A stretch of DNA of 40,677 nucleotides from NCBI GenBank assembly GCA_046593295.1, contig JBKJOH010000338.1, positions 1 through 40,677 on the forward strand, given 5' to 3'. This stretch comes from Polaromonas sp. GTDB lineage: Bacteria > Pseudomonadota > Gammaproteobacteria > Burkholderiales > Burkholderiaceae_C. Positions 9,819 through 18,769 of the stretch are shown in pieces. Positions within the stretch are counted from its first letter, which is position 1, and each line of letters begins with the position of its first letter. The notes below the pieces were generated by a model that was not told the origin of the DNA, did no database searches, and worked only from the letters and a program-made list of their open reading frames with translations. Made by a program: the position numbers and the translations under genes.

Positions 9819-10547
9819 ATGAACATCAAAGCCATCGCCTTCGACACCGGAGGGACGGTTCTCGACTGGCACTCGGGCGTAAGAGACGTATTTGCGGCCA
9901 TCGGAGCAAAGCATGGCGTGACAAGGGATTGGGCGTCGATTACGAATCAATATCGGCACCTGGCGATGAAGGGCATTGTTGGGCAATCGCAGCCCGACTT
10001 CAACATGGACGACGTTCACTACAGCGTTTTGGATGAGGTGCTCGAGTCCAACGATCTTTCGGTTTTTTCAGAGAACGACCGCAAGTCGATTGCTCAAGCG
10101 TGGCACCAGCTCGCGACGTGGAGCGACTTCGCCCGCCCTCTGCGTGATATCCGAGAGCTGGTTCCGGTGGTTTCCTTCACCATGCTGCCGTTGTCGCTGG
10201 TTGTGGATGTGTCCCGGCTCAACGGCATTTCCTGGGACGCTGTGATCTCCTGCGAAGCCATTGGCTACTACAAACCTGATCCCCGTGCATACCTGCAGGC
10301 CTCGAAATGGCTGGCGCTCGCCCCCGAGGACATTCTGATGGTGGCCTGCCATAACTTTGACCTCAATGCCGCACGGGCATGCGGCTTTAAGACAGCATTT
10401 GTCAGACGCCCCAGAGAGTGGGGCCATGAGCCTCCCCCGGAGCCGATACCCCACCCCGATTGCGACTTTGTCTTCGATGGATTCGACGAGCTGGCAAGGG
10501 CCGTTCGGTCGATTGCAGCCCCAGTTGCAAAAAATCCAGCCATATAG
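9819..10547 (+). CDS. Haloacid dehalogenase type II-like HAD hydrolase
   Basis: IAFDTGGTVLDW, YKPDPRAY, LMVACHNFDL. RBS AAGGA lies before ATG 9819, so the ORF-track extension to 9330 is probably spurious. Confidence 0.9.
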   Translation: MNIKAIAFDTGGTVLDWHSGVRDVFAAIGAKHGVTRDWASITNQYRHLAMKGIVGQSQPDFNMDDVHYSVLDEVLESNDLSVFSENDRKSIAQAWHQLATWSDFARPLRDIRELVPVVSFTMLPLSLVVDVSRLNGISWDAVISCEAIGYYKPDPRAYLQASKWLALAPEDILMVACHNFDLNAARACGFKTAFVRRPREWGHEPPPEPIPHPDCDFVFDGFDELARAVRSIAAPVAKNPAI

Positions 10548-10665
10548 TTGACCTTCACACAAAGGTGCCTTGATGACACCCACGACATAGATGCCTCGTC
10601 AAAAGGTTCGCTGCCTCGATGTCGAGTTGATCGGAGGCGCTTGGCCGTCTTGATAGACTCACTCA

Positions 10666-10737
10666 ATGACTGAAGAGCCCAAGCAGCACACCCCCATGAT
10701 GCAGCACTACCTGCGCATGACTTTACAAGGCGTATGA
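10666..10737 (+). pseudogene. mutS: Orphan 5' end of mutS at the left junction (MTEEPKQHTPMMQHYLRMTLQGV*)
   Basis: Hand translation gives the MutS N-terminal motif HTPMM..Y. Preceded by TGATAGACT (extended -10-like) 6 nt before the ATG. Not in the ORF track. Confidence 0.85.
10687..10701 (+). repeat. Left att core
   Basis: CACACCCCCATGATG, 14/15 identical to 34401-34415. Confidence 0.85.
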
Positions 10738-10769
10738 ATGCTGGAGATATGCCTGTAAGTCATGCGCCG

Positions 10770-10788
10770 AGTCCCCCTTTGGTCCCCA
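10770..10788 (+). promoter_or_regulatory. Putative integrase arm-type sites, left arm
   Basis: AGTCCCC and GGTCCCCA spaced 11 bp apart, matching the pair at 34232-34250. Confidence 0.6.
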
Positions 10789-10804
10789 ACGATCGTGTGG
10801 ACAA

Positions 10805-11389
10805 ATGACGGCACTTGACGGCGCCACAGCCCACGACAAAGCGGCCCTCGCAGCCTACCCACCACTGCTAGCCCACATCCTGTCTGGCAAGGAATTCGGA
10901 CCTCTGCTTGGCAGCGCCGACAGGGCAAAACATCAGGCTGAGTGGCGTGACTTGATCCGCGACTTGGCAGGACTGCCGCCCTCGTCAGAACAGCTCGCAG
11001 AACGCTTCCACACGCAGTGGCACGTCTGCCATCACTTCCTGCGCGAGCTCGTGGATAACGACGACCTGCTGATCGACATGCTCTGGGTCTGGCTGCCTCG
11101 ATACGTTGGGCCAGACTTGGTGCTCTATCGCGGCGAGAACATCGACCGCTTTGAGGCCCGGCGCATCGGCACGGCATGGACCGACAAGCAAGGGACTGCC
11201 GAGATGTTCGCCCGGGGCCTCAATGCCGTCGGCAAGGGCGGCGTGGTGCTGCGCGTTACAGCCCCCTCCACCGCGATCATTGCAGGGCCATCAAAGCACT
11301 CGCTCTACCTGGGTGAATCCGAGTTCACCATCGACACGGGTAGGCTCGCGGGGATCGAAGCCATCGCGCGCTTCGGTCGCATTTGCTGA
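10805..11389 (+). CDS. Hypothetical protein with ADP-ribosyltransferase-like motifs
   Basis: LYRGE...GTAWT...AEMFA...GESEF follows the R-S-E ART motif order. Confidence 0.55.
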   Translation: MTALDGATAHDKAALAAYPPLLAHILSGKEFGPLLGSADRAKHQAEWRDLIRDLAGLPPSSEQLAERFHTQWHVCHHFLRELVDNDDLLIDMLWVWLPRYVGPDLVLYRGENIDRFEARRIGTAWTDKQGTAEMFARGLNAVGKGGVVLRVTAPSTAIIAGPSKHSLYLGESEFTIDTGRLAGIEAIARFGRIC

Positions 11390-11555
11390 TGGATTGCCAT
11401 GTCGCGCTCAACTTGGGCAAGGGCAAACTGTCGCTGACCGTGCGGCGCTCTTGACCGAACTTCCAAGCCGACGCACCCGCCTGTCATTGCTCGACTTGGA
11501 CCTATTGACTTGCTCGGTCCCATCGAGCGAAATGCCTTTGAACAGGGAGGCACCC

Positions 11556-11825
11556 GTGGGACAGATTCGATTGTCATTTCGCAGTCTTGGGCCAAAGCTA
11601 GCCGCGGCCGCTCTCTTCGCCTTTTTAATTTACTTCCTTGAATCATCAATGATCAAGTCAGGAGCATCAGCTATCAACGCAAATGCCAACGAGCTCGCGG
11701 CCATTAGCCGAGACTGCAACGATTTGGCCGCGCGGAACTCCCGAGATTTGAACGACAAGAATCAGCTTGGAGCCCAGTGCATCAGGGACCGCATGGCAAG
11801 CTTGGGCAAAAAAACTTCTCCCTAA
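11556..11825 (+). CDS. Small single-pass membrane or secreted hypothetical protein
   Basis: GTG 11556 with RBS GGGAGG 5 nt upstream, hydrophobic LAAAALFAFLIYFL, two cysteines downstream. Confidence 0.5.
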   Translation: MGQIRLSFRSLGPKLAAAALFAFLIYFLESSMIKSGASAINANANELAAISRDCNDLAARNSRDLNDKNQLGAQCIRDRMASLGKKTSP

Positions 11826-11987
11826 TCTGTCGTCAACTCCCACTCAGCACGCGAAACGATACGAAGCCCACAACAGTAGCCACGTTGGAGAGCCTGAGAA
11901 GATGACACCGACACATAAAATCAGTAAGTTACTTTGGGCTGAACGGATTCCGAGCTGCGCTTGGACAAAACAACTAAAAGGATATTC

Positions 11988-12512
11988 ATGAGCGCGACTT
12001 CCAACCTAGTATTGATCGCGGCGATCGTCGGAGTTGCCGCCGTTGGATTGCTGGTGCTCAAAGCCAAGCTGGCGTCATCGGGCGCAGGGTCGGAGACCGC
12101 AAAAAATCGGTTCAAAGCCAAGCCACTGCTGACCCCCAACGAACTCGAATTCCTCGGGCGCCTTGACGCCGCAGTTCCCGAGCTTCGGATTTGCCCTCAG
12201 GTGGCCATGGGGTCGATCCTCGATCCCGATGTGCCAAGAAGCAATGGCAAGGCCTACATGCGGCTGCGCGGCATGTTCGCTCAGAAATTCGTGGACTTCG
12301 TCGCGCAGGATCGCAAGACAGGCGCTGTGGTCGCCATCATCGAGCTCGATGACCGAACGCACAAGGCCGACAAGGACGCCAAGCGCGACGCGATGCTGGC
12401 CAGCGCGGGATACAAGACGGTTCGCTGGCAGTCCAAAGCAAAACCGGACGCCGCAGCGATCCGCGCAGAGCTCATGCCGGCATCGCAAACTGTGCAAACC
12501 AACAAACCGTGA
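11988..12512 (+). CDS. DUF2726 domain protein with N-terminal membrane anchor
   Basis: LLTPNELEF, PQVAM, VDFV, IELDDRTH, RDAMLASAGY. RBS AAGGA before ATG 11988. Confidence 0.85.
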   Translation: MSATSNLVLIAAIVGVAAVGLLVLKAKLASSGAGSETAKNRFKAKPLLTPNELEFLGRLDAAVPELRICPQVAMGSILDPDVPRSNGKAYMRLRGMFAQKFVDFVAQDRKTGAVVAIIELDDRTHKADKDAKRDAMLASAGYKTVRWQSKAKPDAAAIRAELMPASQTVQTNKP

Positions 12513-12591
12513 CTAGGCGTCAGAAGACGATCAAGCTCCCCGCCTCGGCGTCTGCACGCTGCATCTCATTGATTTGAGCCTCGTAGCCCCA

Positions 12592-13467
12592 TCAATCGGA
12601 TGAATCGTCCCTCTTAGCCTTCGCCTTCATCGGCAATGAGCCTTGCTGGCTGCCAATGGATTTTTCGGCCAACCGTCTTTGGGTGTCCGCACGGATCGCG
12701 TGCTCGTGCTTTTCCATGTGAGCGATGAGAGCAAAGGCATGGGCATTGGCCTCCTTCGCGGCGAGAGCTTTGAGCATGCGGTATGGCGTGTCACCCATGG
12801 AAACATGGAATGGATCAGCTCCTGCCTGCACGAGGTAAACGAAACTGGTGCCCTCCTCATCGTTCCATGTCTCGCTGTCTCTACACAGGTAAGACAGCGC
12901 GGTCTCCCCGCGGTAGTTTGTTGCGGTTGGGTCAGCTCCGTGCTCAAGGAGCCAGCGCACGCCCCTCGGATCGGAATATGGCTTTCGTTTGGTCGCTGCC
13001 AGAAGGTGAAGGGCAGTCATACCGCCCACATGCCTGCGATTGATGTCAGCCCCTCCCCAAACCAGGAAGCGGATCAACCCGAAATCGAGCTGCTCGAAGT
13101 GCCTGGTCCGTCCATCAAAGCTTACAGCCTCGGCCAGCAACGGCATGTCTAGAAAATTTATGCTCAACAGTTTGAGCGCGATAGCCGCCCCGAAAACTTG
13201 TTCTTGCATGTGAGCACAGGCCACCTTTTCAAGTTCGGCAGGCTTGTCCCTGAGCTTTGCAAGCTGCTCAACGTATTCCTGAGCCCAGCCCGTCTTCAAG
13301 GCCATCGCGACGGCATACTCGCAAGCCAAGCCCCACGTTTCGTCATCGTCGAAGATTTCGCTCTTGTTCGCTTCGGTCAAAAACATCTGGGACGAAAGAA
13401 TTTCATCGTCGCTCAGGCTAATGCGGAAGGCTTCTATCTGCTTCATCATCATTGTTGGATTCTTCAT
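12592..13467 (-). CDS. Ankyrin-repeat protein
   Basis: GADINRRHVGGMTALHL, GADPTATNYRGETALSY, GADPFHVSMGDTPY. Confidence 0.8.
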   Translation of the reverse strand: MKNPTMMMKQIEAFRISLSDDEILSSQMFLTEANKSEIFDDDETWGLACEYAVAMALKTGWAQEYVEQLAKLRDKPAELEKVACAHMQEQVFGAAIALKLLSINFLDMPLLAEAVSFDGRTRHFEQLDFGLIRFLVWGGADINRRHVGGMTALHLLAATKRKPYSDPRGVRWLLEHGADPTATNYRGETALSYLCRDSETWNDEEGTSFVYLVQAGADPFHVSMGDTPYRMLKALAAKEANAHAFALIAHMEKHEHAIRADTQRRLAEKSIGSQQGSLPMKAKAKRDDSSD

Positions 13468-13475
13468 GAAAACCG

Positions 13476-15443
13476 TTAGCCCAACAGTTGATTGAATGCC
13501 ATGAAAATCTGCTCAAACCGGTCCAGAGTTGCATTGACGGCAGGCGTGTCGGCATCTAAAAGTGACGGATTTTCCAAAAGCCAACGAGATGCTCCGAAGT
13601 GATCGAACTCCGCAACAGACGCAGGCATCATTTTGAACAACGCCTCCGCCTTCTTGACGATACGCGGTGTGGGAGCCGCAGCCATCAATGCCTCCTTGAC
13701 CACCACACTGGCAACAGGCGGCTTGTATGCCCCATTGAGCATCTCGACGAACAGGTCGGCCTCGAAGAGATCTTCGACATCCGCTTCACTCTGCGCAGTG
13801 AAATCCGCGCAGGTATAGAAGTGCCCAGCTTTCAAAATCTCGGCCTTCTTCAAATTTTCGATCTTAGTCTTGTCACCGTTCGCAATGTCTGAGAGCACCG
13901 CCATATTGATACGATTGCCGCCAAAAAGCCTCACGAATGGCGCGAGCTTATCGATGCCACCCGATGGGCATAACGTCCATTTCGGATCAATGCCTACTCG
14001 GCCTCGCTTAGTCAGCGCTTGGGAGACGACTTTCAAGTAAAGAATGTCCGACGGTCCTTCGACAAGCCATGTGTTCGCGCCGATAAAAAGCGACTGTGTT
14101 ACTTCATAGCCTAGCGCACCTTGGAGAGGGAAAAGCGTGTCGTCGCTAACCTCAAGAACGTCCGAACGCACCTTCGTTCCTTTAACCTCTGTGCGCTTGC
14201 CAGACTTCTCAATAATTACGTCCTCCACGATGCGGACATCGGCGAGCCGATCCATGGGCACCATAAATGGCGAATGCGTGGTGAAGATCACTTGGTGGTC
14301 AGGCAGCAGCCGCTCGACGATATAGCGCAGCAAATCGCCTTGCGCCTTTCCATGCAAGGTTAGGCCAGGCTCATCCAGCAAAATGATCGCGTTGGTATTT
14401 CCGGGCGTCTTCTTTAGCTGCTTGAACTGAGCAAGAAACGAGAAGAACCATACAAAGCCCGCGCTGCGCTCCGACAACGGAAGCGTAGCCTTGTGATTGG
14501 TGTTCTTGATCCGGATGTCGGCCACCATGCCGGTATTGAAAGGGACGGGATCTTTCGGCTTGGCGTTATCGATCTCGATGACAACTTCTAATGCATTGTT
14601 CTGGCTCCAGAACTGGAAGATTTCCTCAGTTATTTCGTTGCTAGCCGCCTCGCATTTGGCCTTGAGCTCCTCGCGTCGGTCCACGTTCTTCAAGTCTTCA
14701 AGAGTGGTTCCCGCGTATTCGAGGAAGTCGAGAAAGATTTTGTCCCCAACCGAAACCGCGTTTTGCTGTTTATCGAGCTGCAATTTCTCAATCGAGACCA
14801 TGCCCGACATGCGCTCGAAGTGCGACGTGAAAAAGAACTTGGGTTGCCTTGCAGATAGGATGTCGAGCACTGCCTTGACGAAGCTCGAATCCCTGCACGT
14901 TTTGATATCCTGCAAGAGGAGTTCCTGCTTTGGCGTTCGCGCGGTCAGCCCCGAAAGGGCCTTGTCAGCAGCAGGCCCATCGCTCACGCCGTGAAGGACA
15001 TTGCGTTCGGTTGCGTCGAGGGCATGCTTACTCAGCATATTTTCCAGAACTTTTGCGCTATCGATTTCAATTTCCGAGATGCGGCAGTCGTCGTCATACC
15101 TAAATCCAAAGTGGGTCTGGAAGGTATCGCCTTTGAGAACCCCTGGGCCAAAGCGCTTTTCAACAGCATCTTTGTCCGGACCTTCAAGTCGCCACCACGT
15201 CCGAATAACCTCTGCTGACCCGCTAGGGTGTCGGTCGTCGAATCGTGTCGAAAAACGCCTTGGGTAATCGATGACTTCGTCAAATTCGAACGGCTGGGAT
15301 GGCTTGAGGCCGCGTATAGCACTGAGGAGCGCTGTCTTGCCGGCTTCGTTCTTGCCAACCAGGCAAGTGAGGCCGTCAATCTCAAATTCTTCGCTGTCTT
15401 CCACGGACCGATAGTTCTGGACGCGGACTTTTGTGAGCTTCAT
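13476..15443 (-). CDS. OLD-family ATP-dependent nuclease (ABC ATPase + TOPRIM)
   Basis: Walker A GKNEAGKT, ERSAG signature, ILLDEPGLTLH, TTHSPF, TOPRIM LVEGPSD and DVEDLF. RBS GGAGG. Confidence 0.88.
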   Translation of the reverse strand: MKLTKVRVQNYRSVEDSEEFEIDGLTCLVGKNEAGKTALLSAIRGLKPSQPFEFDEVIDYPRRFSTRFDDRHPSGSAEVIRTWWRLEGPDKDAVEKRFGPGVLKGDTFQTHFGFRYDDDCRISEIEIDSAKVLENMLSKHALDATERNVLHGVSDGPAADKALSGLTARTPKQELLLQDIKTCRDSSFVKAVLDILSARQPKFFFTSHFERMSGMVSIEKLQLDKQQNAVSVGDKIFLDFLEYAGTTLEDLKNVDRREELKAKCEAASNEITEEIFQFWSQNNALEVVIEIDNAKPKDPVPFNTGMVADIRIKNTNHKATLPLSERSAGFVWFFSFLAQFKQLKKTPGNTNAIILLDEPGLTLHGKAQGDLLRYIVERLLPDHQVIFTTHSPFMVPMDRLADVRIVEDVIIEKSGKRTEVKGTKVRSDVLEVSDDTLFPLQGALGYEVTQSLFIGANTWLVEGPSDILYLKVVSQALTKRGRVGIDPKWTLCPSGGIDKLAPFVRLFGGNRINMAVLSDIANGDKTKIENLKKAEILKAGHFYTCADFTAQSEADVEDLFEADLFVEMLNGAYKPPVASVVVKEALMAAAPTPRIVKKAEALFKMMPASVAEFDHFGASRWLLENPSLLDADTPAVNATLDRFEQIFMAFNQLLG

Positions 15444-15502
15444 GACAACCTCCTCTTATTGATGTGCTTTTGATTCAAAAACTAATATCACTGCGAACTT
15501 TT

Positions 15503-15856
15503 TCAGAACTCGTCCACAGTGCTGCGTTTTGGCGGGGGGACATGTTCATTGAACGCCCAGCCCTCGTCAGTCATCTCGCCGAAGACATGCAGTTCCTCAG
15601 CATCTTCGACATTCATATCCTTGCACCCGTTGTAGATGCTGTAATCCAGCTCGTAAGTCACCGCAATCTGTGAACCAGAGATATCGACATCGGTTATTCG
15701 GACCGAGTAGACATAAGCTCGCTGGTCGATATGCGATACGTCGTGGTCGAGCGCGTCCGAAAAATTGCTCTCCTGGTCGTTGATAAGCGACTGCAGGAGC
15801 TCTTCCATCTCCCGCGCAGTCGGCAGAGCCGGAACAATAATCTTGCTCATGCCCAC
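15503..15856 (-). CDS. Small acidic hypothetical protein
   Basis: 117 aa ORF starting 3 nt after the DUF499 stop. 24 D/E against 7 K/R by hand count. Confidence 0.7.
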   Translation of the reverse strand: MGMSKIIVPALPTAREMEELLQSLINDQESNFSDALDHDVSHIDQRAYVYSVRITDVDISGSQIAVTYELDYSIYNGCKDMNVEDAEELHVFGEMTDEGWAFNEHVPPPKRSTVDEF

Positions 15857-15859
15857 ATC

Positions 15860-18757
15860 TCAGTCTTCGAACGATCGGTTCTTGAACTTCAACTGATCGC
15901 AGTTCTCGCGCACAGCGCGCTGGATGCCATCGTCAAATCCACTTGGCAGCTCAGCCTCGATCTCGATGGCAATGCGCAGCTTCACACCGGGCTTGTTGAG
16001 AAGCATGAGAACTTCCTCGGCCACGTCGGAAAACTGCACCTTGGCCTGATTCGGGTTTAGCTCCACGGAGCCAAAGAACATCGTTTTCTTGGTGGCGCCG
16101 CTACTCGTGCCGAGGCCCGATCCAGCGCGCGTCGCCCCCCCGCTTGTGGAGCCCGTGGAGCCGCCGGCCGCGCCAGTTGAAGTGGTCGAAGTCCCGCCTG
16201 TGGTTTCGCCCTTAGAGCCGCCACCCGCGCTGGCTCCGCCCGCTTCCTTATTCTTGGTCTGAGCCTCTCTCTCTGCTGCCTCCGCCGAAAGCTCGGCGGC
16301 GAACGCTACCGAAACCTTGGGCTCAATCAGTAGAAGCGAGTCGTCAAGGATGGGGGTAGTGCTCTGCGCGAAGTTGAAACCTTGAAAACGGCCCTCTTCG
16401 CGGCCATAGGCAATGCCAAAGAAGTCGCGAGAAGAGACGCCAGCCGCGATGGTGGCCCGCAGCGTGTCGGCATCGCGCAGCCTCGGCAGGTAGAGGTAGC
16501 AGCACGTCTTTTGCCACGTCTCCAACGCGCTGACAGCAGTCGCGTCCTCTTTCCAAAACCACGTTTGCAGCATCTTGGCCAAGTGGATCGGAGCCCACTC
16601 GGTGATCAGCAGCTCGTGCTCTTTGAGCACCTTCTCTATTTCCTCGGTCCGGTTCACCGCGGCCGGATTGATCTGGAAATGGTCCCACTGAATCTCGCCG
16701 ATGCCCTTGCCGGGCTTTGCCTCTTGCAAGGGGGCTAATAGCCACTTGAAGGTCTCACGCACCATGCGTCCCAATGCTTCGTTGGCTTGGTCTAGGCTGG
16801 CCGACGCTTGCTTTGTCTGGTGCCCATCGAGGTTGAGCCGACCCTCCTTCACGTCATCGACGATAGACTTCCATGCAAGCGATGAAGTCACTTGGTCTTT
16901 GAGGCGCGAGATGCTGTCGGTGTCGGGAGCCAAGAAGATCAAACGGTTTTGCTTCTGGCGAGGCTGGTCTCCCCGCCCTTTCAAGATCGCCGTGGCCGCC
17001 TCTATCGCGGGCGACTGCGCGCCCTTGCTGAACGTCGCCTCAGGCGGCAACACCACGAGACGAAGTTGCCAGTCATCCGGCACATCAGACGATGGCGTAA
17101 AAACATGCACACCACCGAAAGTGCCGTTGGCAAACCGCAGCTTTTCCTTGATGAAGGGATACACGTCTTCGCGCAGATCAAAGCGGCGCTTGCGGTCCTC
17201 CATCTCACGTCGTAGGTTGGGACGGGTGTCGAACCAGAAGCGGTTGTTGGCGCTGTTGAGGTATTGCAGTCGGTCCACCAAGGCCCGCACGCCATCCTTG
17301 TAGTGCCCAATCACTTGGCCTGGCTGAACGCATCCCAAGAGAACGCGTTCCAGCTCAATGCCCCGGTGATGCTTGGCCCCTCCAACGGCTCCTGCGTCGG
17401 GGGCAGAGCCCAAGAACACGGCCCGCGCAATACGGCGGCACGCATGAATCGAACCAAACAGCGGACGCGCGTTATCGAGTTCGGTGGTCGCAGCTCGATC
17501 GCCGTCGATATCGCGTTCTAGCACTGGGTCCCATCCCTGCGGCAAGTAATAAATCGCCTCGTTGCGAGTGTCGGAATCGAACAGGGGCAGGCTGCCCGGC
17601 TGAATCATCAAATCGTTGTTGCCCGTCGTCCAAAGGCGATGGATCACTTTGGCCATGAGCTTCAAGACGCCGCGCGTGCGCTGGAAGTTGTCCAGCGACG
17701 ACCAGTCCTCATATAGCCGGTCGAAAACTTCGGGGTGGATTGGGTAAGCGTGCTTCAATCGATCCAAGTAGCCGCTTCCCTGCGCCTCGGGGGGCAGGTC
17801 GCCCGCGTTCGCCGCGTAGAAGTCGGCATACGCTCGGCAAACTTCCTCGGCTGCGAGCCGGTCCGTGACATCGGCAAACAGCCGCCTGCGGACGATCTCG
17901 AAAGCTTCTTCGGTGGCTACTGGCTTCCACAACGCCTGCACCCGCCCGAAGTAGTGCTCCAAGGCCCGCAGAGCCTTCACGCCTTGCTGGCTTCCAGCTT
18001 CCCTGTCCGAGAACGGCAGCGAGGCCAGCAGGATCGCGTTGGGCACGGCCTTCAAGGCTTCGGTGAGCGACTGGATGAAGGAGAGCTGTGTGTCGTAGGT
18101 GCCGCCCGACAAGGTCTTACCCTCTTCGAACTGCGAGACGTAGCGGACCAGCTCGTCCATCAAGATGATGCAAGGCGCACTGCCACCGATGATGTCGGCC
18201 AGCACGCTCTTGCCGGGAGCCGTGCCATCGCGGTCGGCCTCCATCAGCTTGGCGAAAGCGGCCTCGCCGCCCAACTGCCAAGCCAACTCTCCCCAAATAG
18301 TCTTGACGGTCGTCTTGCCGTGCACACGGGGCTTGCTTGCGAGGTCCAACAGGTCCACACCATCGAGCACCGCCACGCGGGCTTTGGGAAGCTCGGTGAT
18401 GCCCGCAGAATCCAATATTGGCGGGATGCCCTGCATCTTACTTGCAGGCGTCACTCCCTTGGCAAGGTGATAGACGGCAAGCAGTGTGTGGGTCTTGCCG
18501 CCACCAAAGGCTGTTTGCAACTGCACGACAGGATCACCGCCCTTGCCCGCGAGCCTTTTGACGACGGAGTCGAGCAGTAGGCGCATGCCCTCGGTGATGA
18601 AGGTTCGCTGGAAGAACAAGGCCGCATCTTGATATTCAGGCGTCGCGATGCCCTGATGCACCTTGGAGATGTCAGCAGCGAACTCGGCTTGCTGGAAGGT
18701 GCCCTTCAAGACATCTTCGTGCGGCACGGCGATTTCACGCCAAGGTTTTAGACTCAT
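15860..18757 (-). CDS. DUF499 AAA+ ATPase
   Basis: [54 protein letters not shown]-rich linker before the C-terminal domain. Confidence 0.92.
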   Translation of the reverse strand: MSLKPWREIAVPHEDVLKGTFQQAEFAADISKVHQGIATPEYQDAALFFQRTFITEGMRLLLDSVVKRLAGKGGDPVVQLQTAFGGGKTHTLLAVYHLAKGVTPASKMQGIPPILDSAGITELPKARVAVLDGVDLLDLASKPRVHGKTTVKTIWGELAWQLGGEAAFAKLMEADRDGTAPGKSVLADIIGGSAPCIILMDELVRYVSQFEEGKTLSGGTYDTQLSFIQSLTEALKAVPNAILLASLPFSDREAGSQQGVKALRALEHYFGRVQALWKPVATEEAFEIVRRRLFADVTDRLAAEEVCRAYADFYAANAGDLPPEAQGSGYLDRLKHAYPIHPEVFDRLYEDWSSLDNFQRTRGVLKLMAKVIHRLWTTGNNDLMIQPGSLPLFDSDTRNEAIYYLPQGWDPVLERDIDGDRAATTELDNARPLFGSIHACRRIARAVFLGSAPDAGAVGGAKHHRGIELERVLLGCVQPGQVIGHYKDGVRALVDRLQYLNSANNRFWFDTRPNLRREMEDRKRRFDLREDVYPFIKEKLRFANGTFGGVHVFTPSSDVPDDWQLRLVVLPPEATFSKGAQSPAIEAATAILKGRGDQPRQKQNRLIFLAPDTDSISRLKDQVTSSLAWKSIVDDVKEGRLNLDGHQTKQASASLDQANEALGRMVRETFKWLLAPLQEAKPGKGIGEIQWDHFQINPAAVNRTEEIEKVLKEHELLITEWAPIHLAKMLQTWFWKEDATAVSALETWQKTCCYLYLPRLRDADTLRATIAAGVSSRDFFGIAYGREEGRFQGFNFAQSTTPILDDSLLLIEPKVSVAFAAELSAEAAEREAQTKNKEAGGASAGGGSKGETTGGTSTTSTGAAGGSTGSTSGGATRAGSGLGTSSGATKKTMFFGSVELNPNQAKVQFSDVAEEVLMLLNKPGVKLRIAIEIEAELPSGFDDGIQRAVRENCDQLKFKNRSFED

Positions 18758-18769
18758 TTTTACGCTCCC

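Noticed and set aside
11106-11555. 5' part of the 239 aa ORF
   Set aside because: It overlaps 10805-11389 out of frame, and a better start with RBS exists at GTG 11556.
13476-15443. Gabija (GajA) call
   Set aside because: No adjacent UvrD-like GajB; the helicase in the operon is SNF2-type.
16095-16245. G/S/T-rich repetitive stretch in DUF499
   Set aside because: A low-complexity protein linker, not a DNA repeat array.
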